Origin: Octopus bimaculoides
Taxonomy: Eukaryota
Assembly: GCF_001194135.2 (NCBI RefSeq)
Contig: NC_068981.1
Span: 177,006,561 to 177,070,560, forward strand
Length of the DNA: 64,000 nt
Direction: 5' to 3'
Part shown: piece by piece, positions 1 to 11,796 of the stretch
How the letters are laid out: each line of letters begins with the position of its first letter
Numbering within the stretch: position 1 is the first letter of the stretch
Made by a program: the position numbers and the translations under genes
Notes under the pieces: generated by a model
Told to the model about the DNA's origin: nothing
Databases searched by the model: none
The model's input: only the letters and a program-made list of their open reading frames with translations

Positions 1-139
1 GGGTTAGAAAATGAGTTGGATAATGTGTTATGAATGAGTAAAAAAAAGACGATGTGGCAAAACCCAAATAATTTCATGACAAGGTCCTCGCTTTTAGTAA
101 TTTTCATAGAAATTTAACATGGGGACAACAGTCTTGCAA

Positions 140-332
140 CACCCAACGGAAGTCCATATAAGATTTAGTTAAAGTTTGCGCAATAAATCGGTTATATTTT
201 TACAATACACAAAATATTTTAACATTTTTAAATACAATTCCTAATATTTAATTATAAAAAAGTATTTTTTTTAAACATCGAATGGCTATGAAGGTCCACT
301 CGAGTATTTAAAAAAATGGTTGAGAATCATTC
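140..332. mobile_element. Right end of a hAT-type MITE (left boundary uncertain)
   Basis: Ends GGTTGAGAATCATTC, similar to the GTTGAGAACCACTG TIR of the MITEs at 44881 and 51022. Followed by ATCTAAAC, which resembles their target sites. Confidence 0.45.
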
Positions 333-375
333 ATCTAAACGGAGTCATAAGCTAGATGAGATACTATGAAGAAAT

Positions 376-499
376 ATGAATAAGAAACCACCGCGCAAAA
401 TTAACTTGTTTCTGATTAAAATAATCGACTGTGTGCGTGTGTGCGTTTTTCTTCTTCTTCCAAAACTGAGGCGGGTGTGCGTTTGTGAAACATTATCCG
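376..499 (+). CDS. Candidate first coding exon (signal-peptide-like leader) of the DDR gene
   Basis: ATG at 376 is open for 41 codons plus 1 nt (MNKKPPRKINLFLIKIIDCVRVCVFLLLPKLRRVCVCETLS) to a consensus donor CCG|GTGAGT at 499/500. This phase-1 donor matches the phase-1 acceptor at 56316. The hydrophobic core is imperfect and partly TG-repeat derived, so it may be a UTR exon. Confidence 0.35.
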
Positions 500-2707
500 G
501 TGAGTTATAAAAGGTTGAGAAAGAACTAGTGTGGGCTTGTACCTCAAAGTATTTGCGGTGGTGGGAGTTTTTCGGTATTCACTGTAGAATGGATAAATTT
601 AAGGCTGACCCCCATAATATAACTTGGGTTTTGATTTTCGGTTGGAACCATTTCATTTGAGAAAATTCATTTTTTTTTTTTAAAGGGAGGAAATGGGGGT
701 TGTTAAGGCACGAACAGTAAAGTATAATATTTCATACTATAAATTCGCGATGTGTCAGTGGACGGTCAAAAGAAAATATTGACAAAATACTGACAAATGA
801 TGTCAAATAGGGAGTAATCTCTTGCCATGCTAAGACCTCAACCTGGTTTCTGTTCCCAGTTGGAACCATTTCAGTACACTTAGGTCAGTTACCTTTAAGG
901 AAAGACGTGAATGTCACAAATTTGCCCTTCCTTAAAAGAAAAAATGTGTTTCTGGCTTGATTACGTAAACAATCATTAACTGTCGACCTCGCTGTATTCT
1001 ATTCAGATATGGTTAGTGATTTTCGGGAAGTTATAATCGTAAATATCTCCCACTTATTTACCGTCCACTAAAGCAGGTTTTTATGGCTGTGTAGGCGGGT
1101 ACTTGCCGACTGAGTTTTAGGTACTAAATAAGTTTTATGACACCTACTCATGTTTTCGATAAAACATGAAAAATTTCAAAAGATAGAAACTAAATAAAAT
1201 CCAGGTGTTAAAGGTGACTAGAGAACTAACTAACCTATAGTTCTTAATTTTATTCCGTTCGAAATTTTTTTCCTGTTGCCTGAAGTTCATCTGTTTCATT
1301 GTTTTACTAAAATCAAAAGTGGAAAATTATTCAGGAAATCGCGTGTGTGCTGGGAGTTTATGCCCAACTAACACTGCTGTTTTTGTCCATTTTTCATAAC
1401 TCCACAATTTTTAACAGGGTTAGGGTATACAGAACTCAAAAACACATTAGAGGCTTTGCCTAATTGAAAAATAAAAATCAATTTACTCTATCACAGTTGC
1501 GTGAAATATTTATATTTTGGTTTTAAGGAAACGGTGTATAGAAACAGCATGAGTTCCTTTCGAAGGTAATAAAGTATATATTTTTACAAGTAGCCGTTAC
1601 AGAAAATTATTAGTTTTATTTATTTTACGGAATTGCCGAACGAGGAATTGAAGATATGACAAAGATGAAATAAAAGTCAATTGATAGCGATTATATTATA
1701 GAGGTATTAATTAATTTGTTGAAAGGTAATAAGAGATAGATAGAAATAGAGAATGAGACCTGTAAAATAGAGAAATTCTTATTCTCACTCGTATAAATGC
1801 TGGAAATAAGTTTTAGAAATGATTTTTAATTTCTGTTGATAATTATATGAACCGACACAAGTCGGTGAAATTCATCTCTGTTAACAGATAGAGCTTTACG
1901 AAAACATATTTTCTTTCATAGTTTATTCATCTAAATATATTTTGCTTCACTAATCATTTTATAGTTAGAGGTACACCGCCTTTCTCATACATGCCGACAA
2001 AAATATTTACTTCGCCGCTCGTCTATTTTAGTGGGATTTGTTTTCTTTTTACTACGAAATGCAAATATTAGAGTTTATGTCAATTGCGTGTGTGTGTATT
2101 TTAGAAACGAACCGACGAGGAGGGCCTTGTGAGTGCTCGCTCGACCTGCTAGAAACAACAGCAGCCAAATCAAAGAAAGGCGTGATACACTTAGTAAAAT
2201 TAGCATGGTCACGATTAGAGGTTATCTGGAGTCAACATATATACACACAGCCTGAGTATAGATTTCTTACATAAAGAAATATGTTTTTAAACTACGCACA
2301 CACACAATTTACAACATCTATTATATTCTTAAAATGTTATCGCAATGCGCGCTAAAGGAAAGTTTTAACATGAAGGCGAATTTCTTCCAACATATTGCTT
2401 ATCAATGCCTTGAGATATGCTTTGCCTACTATTTAAATGTCCATTTAGTTAGTTCTTATATCTGGGCCCTCGAGGAAATCATGTCTTCTGAGACTTGTCA
2501 CATATATAGGAATAAAATTCTTCGCATTTAATGTATTTATCATAATCATATATTTTCGCGGTCTTTAGTCAATCTGTATTGCTTTTCTCTCTCTTATTTC
2601 TTTCTTTCTTTTTTGTTCTTGGAGGACGGGTAACATTTATATTCTAGGAATCGTTATATTCTAATCTAGAACTTACTCGTCTATCAACAGAATCGTGCGT
2701 GTGTGAA

Positions 2708-2910
2708 GGCAGAATCGTTAGCACGCCGGGCGAAATGCTCAAGGTATTTCGTCTGTCTTTACATTCTGAGTTCAATTCCCGCCGAGGTCGACTTTGCCTT
2801 TCAACCTTTCGGAATCGATAAATTAAGTACCAGTTGCGTACTGGGATCGATCTAATCGACTGGTTCCCTCCCCCAAAATTTCGGGCTTTGTGCCTAGAAG
2901 AGATAAGAAT
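2708..2910 (+). mobile_element. tRNA-derived SINE family B, CpG-intact copy
   Basis: A-box-like GGCAGAATCGTTAG, B-box-like GAGTTCAATTCC, core GACTTTGCCTTTCA..GATAAATTAAGTACCAG. More than 10 homologous copies in the window. Confidence 0.9.
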
Positions 2911-3224
2911 TGTGCGTGTGTGTAGCTCTTCCTTCCTTATCTTGTGCGGTTTGGTAGGCGCGCTTCCCTTGACTTCCAAATGCGTGTGTATCTACAACCT
3001 AGCATATATTATCAGTATGTATGTATATGCATTAATATTAGACAATATTATTTAAGGTATCAATATTATAACATTTAGTTTGGTCTTATGCCAAAATTTG
3101 AAACTAATATTACATTTAGTAGTGATATTAAGCATCCTAACAGACGCGTGCACACACGCATTTTGATATATGCACATACATACACTGGGTATAAGTATGT
3201 ATATAACAATCATGTGTATATATA

Positions 3225-3306
3225 TTCCCGAGCGTTAAACTAATACATCCATTTGTTGTTTACACCACCTGTCTTCGTCTGTTGTTTTTTTCGTAAATTC
3301 TCCCAT
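3225..3306 (+). mobile_element. Truncated copy of the hammerhead-associated (Penelope/retrozyme-like) short repeat
   Basis: TTCCCGAGCGTTAAACTAATACATCCATTTGTTGTTTACACC matches the minus strand of 38170-38216. Ends in a (TA)n run. Confidence 0.65.
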
Positions 3307-3370
3307 ATATATATATATATATATATATAACTTTAGAAATATGTATTGAAACGTTTGAGCAACTAGGGTG

Positions 3371-3437
<67 letters not shown>

Positions 3438-3657
3438 AAATGGGGAAGGCCGGTTTATGGGATTACCTTAGGTTTCCCGTCCATAAAGGGTTTTCCCCAT
3501 TTTTAATATGTACTGCTGTATATCTTTATAGAGTATGCTTCTTTCGGATTAATGTTTTTTACAGACGATATATATGCATACACATACACGCACAAATGTA
3601 TGTTTATGTTAACATAACTGACATATCATTTAATACCATTTCATGTGTGTATATGTT

Positions 3658-3705
<48 letters not shown>

Positions 3706-4168
3706 AGCAATTATGCTAAGGAACAAGGGTGTCGTGTTAGCAGACGCGCTAGATCGCCGGACTTAAATGTTGTCATGTAATATATTTCGGTGCTTAATCG
3801 TTAACTAACTCTCTGTGTGTAGTTTCTCTTTTGTTCCGCATTGTTCTCGGGTCAAATTCCACCGACGTCAACATTCATCTGCGTCTGGGTCGTGAAATGT
3901 CCCATGGCTTCCTGGTTTTGGGTGCGTTTAATAGGTTCACTGACTTTTTCCGGTATTTTTCCCCCCCAATTTAATCAGGACCACGAAAAATTTGGTTTCG
4001 ATTCTCACATGATTCTTCTTTTTGTTGCTGCCTACAAAAACGTCTTCTCTCAAGTAAAGATAACTATAGGCATAATGTTGGATTTCATTCACAATTATTC
4101 CCAAGCAAACACACGCACGCGCACACACTATTTAGCTATTTGTGTGTGCGCGTGCGCGCGAGTCATCA

Positions 4169-4546
4169 CTTTTTAATGTTTCATTTATTGAACTGCGGCC
4201 ATGCTGGGGTACCGCCTTTAAGCGCTTAGTCAAATAAATCAATCTTAGTACTTATTATTATTATTTCTTTTTTTTTTGTAAAGCAAGGTATTTATTATAT
4301 CTGACCCTTTTTTGCTGAACCCCTAATCTACGGGGACGTTAACAAACCAGTACCCGATGCCAAGCAGTAGAGAGGAACAGACGCACACACACACAGTGCG
4401 TGTGTAATATATAATGTACATACTCGACGGGCTTCTTTCACTGTCCGTTTACCAAATCCATTCACAAAGGCTTTAGTCGGCCCGAGGCTATAGAAGACGC
4501 CCAAGATACTGCGCTTCGAGACGGAACCCAAATCCATGTAGTTGAG
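4169..4546 (-). mobile_element. tRNA-derived SINE family A, diverged copy
   Basis: Collinear with the reverse complement of 35890-36272 (GACGGGCTTCTTTCA, GGCCCGAGGCTATAG, CTGCGGCCATGCTGG). Confidence 0.85.
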
Positions 4547-4892
4547 AAAAAGTTATAATAAATGGATCGGATAGTATGTCTTGCCTTTTGTTACACGCAC
4601 ACACACACACACACACATACACACGTGTGTGTGTGTGTGTATACGGATGCGCACTTGTCAGAGAGAGTCAGTCAGACGAATAGAGACAATGGCTAGGAAA
4701 CTAGAAAATATGTATGTTTTAATATAAAGATGGAATTTTGTGATTGTTAAATCTCTGAACTTGTGAAACTAACTATAAGTGATTATTAATATTCAGGAAG
4801 ATGGTGACCAAATTATTCTAATTTTCTTTCATTGTCAAATTTATTATTCATCAACAAATTGATCCCAGATACTCCCCCCTCCCTTCATCGTT

Positions 4893-4975
<83 letters not shown>

Positions 4976-5450
4976 GCGCGTGCACACTCACACATGTATA
5001 GATTATACGAGTCTGTGTATTTTATATATATATATATATAACGTGTTTGTATGTGTGGGCATCGCAGGTCTTCAAATAAATTTATTAGTACTATCTAGTA
5101 TAGACGATGAACAATAAATCCATTGTATAGATCCTCTGTTTGCGATCTGTAGCTATATCACTTCAGTTACATTGCTAATGTATGAATGTTCCTTTATTTA
5201 CCGTTCCGTGTTTTTTAGTTTTTAAGGTATTGCTACACTGCTACTATACTCTACGAGGAATTGCATTAATTAGAAAGTTGATGGAATTTTCGTTTCCCAC
5301 TTCCGCTAGAACGTCTTTTATATTTGTTTAATTTCCAATATTGTGAATATGGCAATTGTTTTTGTTCTTTTCCGGCTACATAATAAGAAAAAAAAATTAC
5401 TAACATTCTGTGTGTGTACATACGTGTGTGCGTGCGCACGCACACACACA

Positions 5451-5886
5451 TCTTTTACTTGAATCTTTGGGCTGCGGCTAAGCTGCAGCACCACCCTGGA
5501 GAGCTTAGTCGCGAACAAATAGGAACCAGTAATTCATTTTATTATGTCTGATACTTACTCTATCGGTCTCTGCCGAACCGCTAGCTTACGGGGACTTCAA
5601 CAAACCCAAACCGTTGGTGGGAACAAACACAGAGTTACGCACACACACACATAATATTTGAGTATGTATGAATGTAAAGGCGGTGCTCCAGCTTGGCCGC
5701 AGTCAAATGACTGAAACAAATAAAAGAATACACGACGGTCTTCTTTCAGTTTCTGCTTCATAATCCATTCACAGGGCTTTGGTGGATCCGAGGCTGTAGA
5801 AGATACTTGCCTAAGATGCCATCTAGTGGGACTGAACCTGAAACCATGTGGTTGGGAAACAAACGTTTTACCACACAGCTACACCT
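5451..5886 (-). mobile_element. SINE family A with an oppositely oriented family-A 3' end (5675-5730, +) in its central linker
   Basis: Minus-strand 3' half 5451-5650, plus-strand AAAGGCGGTGCTCCAGC..TGACTGAAACAAATAAAAGAATA, then minus-strand 5' half 5731-5886. Confidence 0.8.
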
Positions 5887-6500
5887 CCATCTTTTCTAAA
5901 TCATTAATGGTAGATTTGCTATTATTAGTGATTTTAAATATCTATAACTGTCTAGAAAAACTCTCATAGCTGGAATGTTCGTGCGTTCTTTAACACACAC
6001 ACACACACACACATATTATGGGAGGAAAAACATAATGGCACACAAGGATACAAGAACTATTTTGTGAACAATTTTAAGTTTAATGAATTTGCATTACGTA
6101 TGCTTACGTTTTCAGGTGATAACAAAGATAGGAATAGGATTTGCTGTGACTTCATTTAACTTGTCAAATGATTTTTATCTATACAGAATTTAGCCAAAAT
6201 TATTTTCCAGTATTTCAATTATTTGTAGAATTTTTTTTTCTTTTCTATATTTACGAACATTGAAGGCTTCCATTCCAGTTTTCTCATCCGCGTCCTTTTA
6301 CTTTTTCACACATAATTATTTTCGATGAAACCTTTCTCACAAGTTTTAAAAATTAGCTCAACGATTAACTTCTTCAGTGTGACCGATCACTGTACGTTTT
6401 TAAAATACAAATGCCTTTTTCGATTGCGTATAAATATAGAAATATATTGCAATATATTTTAAAAGAGACATATGGTATGCCAAAGAAATATTATGCTAAG

Positions 6501-6550
<50 letters not shown>

Positions 6551-7177
6551 CCATTCATCTTTGTTGAATAATGATATTGCCTAATTTTCGAAAAGGCACG
6601 TGTTTTTTAGTGATTAACTGTAAATTGATTCATGACAAAACTCCCCACTGTTCAATTAATACTACTACATACGTTGAACTCCGCTTTTCTGTTAACACAA
6701 ATGAAGGGTGAGGCAAAATGAAAGTAATGATTTAAAATATGCAATTATCTTCTAAACACTTGAAGTATTGGCATTTCTCAAATCTTATGGTATTTCGATG
6801 AAGTTCACATTGATCGCTAATAAACATACATTCCCTTCTACTTTTTAACAATTTGTGTTATGATTGTATTATTAATAAAGAAATTAACATCTTTCTCTCT
6901 TCATTTAAAACATAATTTACTACCCCTGCTTTCCCGTGTCAATCGTTCAGTATTTTGTTCTGAGACACATCGGTTTAACCATAGTGATAGATCAGTTTCA
7001 TAAAAGAGAACAATATGAATTCATTAGCACCAACCTTAATTTGGATGAAAGACACGCAATGTTAATTTGTTAATTCTTTGTTAATTTTTAGATGTTCCTC
7101 AACATTATAAATTAAATTACATTTACTGCCTGTCTGTCTCCCACACGCATACACAACTATCTATCTAAAAACATATT

Positions 7178-7548
7178 CTTTTATTCTTTTACTTGTTTCA
7201 GTTATTTGACTGCGGTCATGCTGGGGCACCGTCTTTAGTCGAGCAAATCGACCCCAGAGCTTATTCTTTGTAAGCCTAGTACTTATTCTATCAGTCACTT
7301 ATGCCGAACCGCTAATGTTACGGGGACGTAAACACACCAAAATTGGTTCTCAGGAGATGTTGGGGGGACAAACATATACACACATATACGACAGGATTCT
7401 TTCAGTTTCCGTCTACCAAATCCACTCACAAGGCTTGGGTCGACCCGAGGCTATAGTAGAAGACACTTGCCCAAGGTGCCACGCAGTGGGACTGAACCCA
7501 GGACCATGTGGTTGGTAAGCAAGCTACTTACTACACAGCCACTCCTGC
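7178..7548 (-). mobile_element. SINE family A, near full length
   Basis: High identity to 56445-56846 and to the reverse complement of 35890-36272. Confidence 0.92.
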
Positions 7549-7898
7549 ACACACACACACACACACACAGTTTTGCACACAAGATATATACCAAGTGTCA
7601 AAATCACGATGGTATCTAATTGGCAACTGATGGTTAATGTTTCCCAGTTAAATATGTTATTTATTCTCTCATTTATGCCCCAAACTGTTGTGACTATCCT
7701 GTTTGATTTGTTCTATTCACCCTGGAGAATGCCGGTTATTTTTTATTGTTCTTTTGTAGATTATGTATCAAGTACTTGAAAGAAATTTTATTCTAGGGTG
7801 CTGTTTTTATAAATTAGTGTAATTTATTAGGATGCTAGCATTGGCATATGCTGTGTATGATGTCTTTATATGTTCTATGACATATCTATCTATCTATC

Positions 7899-7950
<52 letters not shown>

Positions 7951-7958
7951 TATGTATG

Positions 7959-8007
<49 letters not shown>

Positions 8008-9073
8008 AAATGTGTGTGTAGATATAACTTTAATTATAGTATTTTAGGGATTGATTTGTTGTCTTAACTGCTTGCTTGCTAGGTTTTTCCCATTCCACAT
8101 TTCTGTAACTTGACTAAACTTAACTAATAACTACAAATTAAATTCCAATGTGCATCACCATTCTATCATATGCATCAAGAATTTACTGCGATCAAGTATA
8201 CTTGGTTAATTTTTATCCTAGCTTTCTTGTTGAGACATGGAACCTGTATCCAGTGTTCTTTTGTATTGTGCTTGATATCAGGTGGGAATACTATGCAACA
8301 GTGGGAGCTCAGCAACAAACAAAGCCTGCAATATGAAACTGAATTTTAAAATATGTCTTCAATTTACAGGAGATGTGGTAGTAGAATAATAGATAAGAAC
8401 TTTGCTCATATTGATATTCAGAGTATTAGAGTTCAACTTGAAAACATTTGAAAAGAATTAATGTAATTTATTGTTTCTTTTACAAGTCTATCATTTTTAG
8501 AACAAACTACATTACTTTCTTTAGCTTCTCTTTTTTTCTTTCTTTCTTCCATATTTATTTTATAATAGCATTTGATTTTTTTTCCATGCTTTTCTATCCA
8601 TAAATGTAGACTCTTTAGTATATAATTATGTCTAATTTAAAATCATTCTCACTTGTTTGGTGTTTCTTTCCTTCTATTTCTGAATTGCATTTACGTAAGA
8701 TACCAATTAGATAAGGACAAATCTACTGCTTTTAGGTTTCCCTGAGGAAAATAAATAATTAACATGATATTGAATCCTTTCAAGCTGCACACACTGAAAA
8801 CTTTCCAACATGAAATATAGGAAACACATCAGTACTTAATAGTCAGACAGATTCATAGAAGGAAGTGTTTTGTAACTGAGAAGCTTATTTATTTGGGGTT
8901 TTTTTTTTTTTTCACCAGATTTAAACTTGATAATACTAAATGGAAACTTGTATGTATTGATTAATATTAACAGTTTTAGTTTAGTTTAAGACAAACTGCT
9001 TAGTCTTGTGAGTGGATTTAGAGAATAGAAACTGAAAGAAGCCTCTCATATATGTATGTGCATGGATATATAA

Positions 9074-9104
<31 letters not shown>

Positions 9105-9321
9105 TACCTGGGTATGCTGTAAAGTTCCTGGCTGTAAGGGTATTGCGAAAGGCCTGATTGGAGGCCCAACCTTCTGAGTTCTTTTGCAGGGCTTAGAAAA
9201 ACTGAAGGGCTACTGCAATAAGTATGTCTGAGAGGGGAATATGTTGAATAAAATCATAATTAACTGATCCTCCTGTATTTCCTTTTACCCAAAGTCAGGA
9301 ACTTTTCAGTACCCCCTTCTA
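9105..9321 (+). mobile_element. Mariner-type MITE (~217 bp)
   Basis: TIRs GGGTATGCTGTAAAGTTCCTGGCT / AGTCAGGAACTTTTCAGTACCC with TA at both ends. The interior keeps a transposase C-terminal remnant (GLEKLKGYCNKYV..RGEYVE*). Confidence 0.8.
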
Positions 9322-10990
9322 TGTGTGTGTGTGTATACACACACACACACACACATATAAACATATGTATATTATCAAGTCAGTCTTTTATCACTCATAC
9401 TTTTTGCCTGTGGGTACATAGGCAAGTTATCACTTTTTCACTCTGTCTCTGTGTCTCTTTCTCTTGTGTGTGTGTGTAGGCACATGTGTATATGTGTGTT
9501 TATATTTGCGCTTTTCCGAAATTCTCTCAACTATGGATGATACTGTTGCTGTCATTTCCCTTATCAACAGGTTATCCACTAGCTTTGTACCTTCAACGAA
9601 GTGTGGAATAAGATATCCCATGCTTGAAAGACAGGATACAGTTAAAAGCAGGAAGGGTGTTCTGTTGTAAAACAATGCCTCAATAATATTTTCGTCTAAC
9701 CCATACTAGTAGGGGAAAAATACATATAAATGAATGAATGAATTATGCATCTACACACATTAAAAAGAAAAGAATTCTGGATATTTATTCTTGACTAATT
9801 ATTCATGCATGTCATTCCTCTCTTTTTGTTTCTGTGACTATATATATTCCTTATGGAATCTATTCTCTAAGACACAAAAGCTTTATTTTTATGGATCATT
9901 TTCTTCAGTTTTGTTTTGTGTGTTATTTTGATATAAATCATTTAAATTAAAATGTCAGAGCTATGTCTTTAGACCTGATATTTTTATTGGAAATCTTTAG
10001 AAATGGCATCTCTCTAATCCTGTATGCTGTCCTGTCTATGTTGCCTTTTAAGAAGAATGCTTATATTCAATTTTTTTATTTTATTTATGAATGAATGTAA
10101 AATAAATTGTGTACTAAGAGGATGTGGTAAGTGCTACAGATGTAAACTTTTGATGAGTTATCTTGACAACCAACTTCATTTCATGATTAAAACCTGGTAA
10201 CATTACCATCACCACTAATTTTTGTTACGCTCTCAATTTTCCTCCTCTGTAAAATGTGGTCTTGTGTGTAAATTAGAAATCACTATTATTGAAGCTGATT
10301 TAGATTATTCACATAGTAGAGTTGCTTTGTGTTCGCCTGGTGTTTCATATTCCTGGAATTAATTTATGTGAAAGTGAAATTTGTCTTTTATATTCTAGGG
10401 ATTTAGGTGGTTAATAAAATTCAGCACAGGTGAGATTCCAGTATTGAGTTAATACAGATTAAATGCCAATATAGCAGAATTTCCATTATGGCAAAATTTG
10501 TTTTAATCTCTGGCTGTGTAACCCTGTTGAAACAATGCTAAAAAGTTTCACTGTAATGAATATTTCACTACAACAAAACAAACTTGAATCTCCCACAGAC
10601 CTAAATTTCTTAAAGCAGAAAGCTAAAAATCATTTTTGTCAAGTCCTGTTATGTTGGTCATATATATGATAGAGAGAATATCAATTGGGACAGACAATAT
10701 GACGGAAGTCTGATTCTTTTAATAGCGAGTAAAACCCTATTAACAGAAGTTGTGCCTGTCAAGTGCACTAAATACAAAGTAGTCCCATGTTTTGTTTATG
10801 CATGTACTGAATCAATTTAATAAACTGTACCCACTCCTTTACCATTTTGCAGTTTTGTATTGATTTAAAAAATCATTTTCAGAGTACCAATTTAGTTTAT
10901 TGTAACCCTTCTTAACAAAGGTTTGGCCTTGGCCTTGTATCTCTAATAAAAAGTAATCATCATTCCTGTTGTTATTATGATCATTATTAA

Positions 10991-11796
10991 GGCGGTGAGC
11001 GGGCTAAATTGTTACCACTCCAGGCAAAATGCTTTGTGGCATTCAGTCCATCTTTACATTCTGAGCTCAAAAAGGTTGACTTTGCCTTTCATCCTTTCTG
11101 GGTTGATAAAATAAGTACCAGTTGTGTTCTGAGGTTGATGTAATCGATTTACCCCCTCCTCTGAAATAACTGGCCTTGCACCAAAATTTGAACTCATTAT
11201 TAAGGCAACAACCTGGTAGAATCGTTAGCATGCCAGGCAAAATGCTTAATGGCATTTCACCCGTCTTTACATTCTGAATTAAAATTCCACCAAGGTCAAC
11301 TTTGCCTTTCATCTTTTTAGGGTTGATAAAATAAGTACCAGTTGATCACTGGGGTTGATGTAATCAACTTGTGCCAAAATTTGAAACCATTATTATTATT
11401 ATTATTATTATCATTATGGCAGCAAGCTAGCAGAATCATTAGCACACTGGACAAAATGCTTGAGTTCAAATTCTGCCAAGATCAACTTTGCCTTTCATCC
11501 TTTTGGGGTCGATGAAATAAGAACCAGTTATGCACTGGGGTTGATGTAATTGACTAACTCCCTCCCAAAAATTTCAGGCTTTGTGTCTATAGTAGAAAGG
11601 ATTATTATTATTAGGATGGTGAACTAGCAGAACCATTAGCATGCTGGACAAAATGCCACTGTCTGTTTTTATGTTGTGTTCAAATTCCTCCAAATTTGCC
11701 TTTAATCCTTCAAGGTCAATAAGTTGTATACTGGGGTCAGTGTAATTGACTTACCTCTCCCTTGAACTTGCTGGCCTTGTGCTAAAATTTGAAACC
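10991..11796 (+). mobile_element. Head-to-tail array of four CpG-decayed SINE B copies
   Basis: Units start at ~10991, 11204, 11418 and 11614, each separated by an (ATT)n/(TTA)n linker. Confidence 0.88.

Larger units (their letters stand above)
1..7600. promoter_or_regulatory. CpG-retaining (probably unmethylated) 5' domain, likely promoter/first-exon region
   Basis: CG dinucleotides are frequent here (5 in 2101-2160) and SINE copies keep their CpGs. Downstream CG is rare (none seen in 15777-16678). The promoter role is inferred. Confidence 0.5.

Noticed and set aside
640-945. Direct repeat GTTGGAACCATTTCA (~642 and ~859) and weak inverted ends at ~669 and ~945
   Set aside because: Too short and degenerate to define an element; possibly an old MITE.
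3841-4176. 111-aa ORF with MASWFWVRLIG.. and donor CAA|GTAAAG
   Set aside because: The donor is phase 0, incompatible with the DDR exon. No recognisable homology.
9492-9611. Plus-strand hydrophobic mini-ORF (..WMILLLSFPLSTGYPLAL..) as DDR signal exon
   Set aside because: Only weak donors are available (G|GTTATC, A|GTGTGG). Not excluded, but unsupported.
10087-10132. ATG-open frame ending at a strong phase-1 donor GTG|GTAAGT
   Set aside because: MNECKINCVLRGC has no hydrophobic core. It shows that phase matches arise by chance, which is why the 376-499 exon has low confidence.
10991-11796. Regularly spaced repeats resembling an array or CRISPR
   Set aside because: The units are ~200-bp SINEs without unique spacers, in a eukaryotic context with no cas genes.
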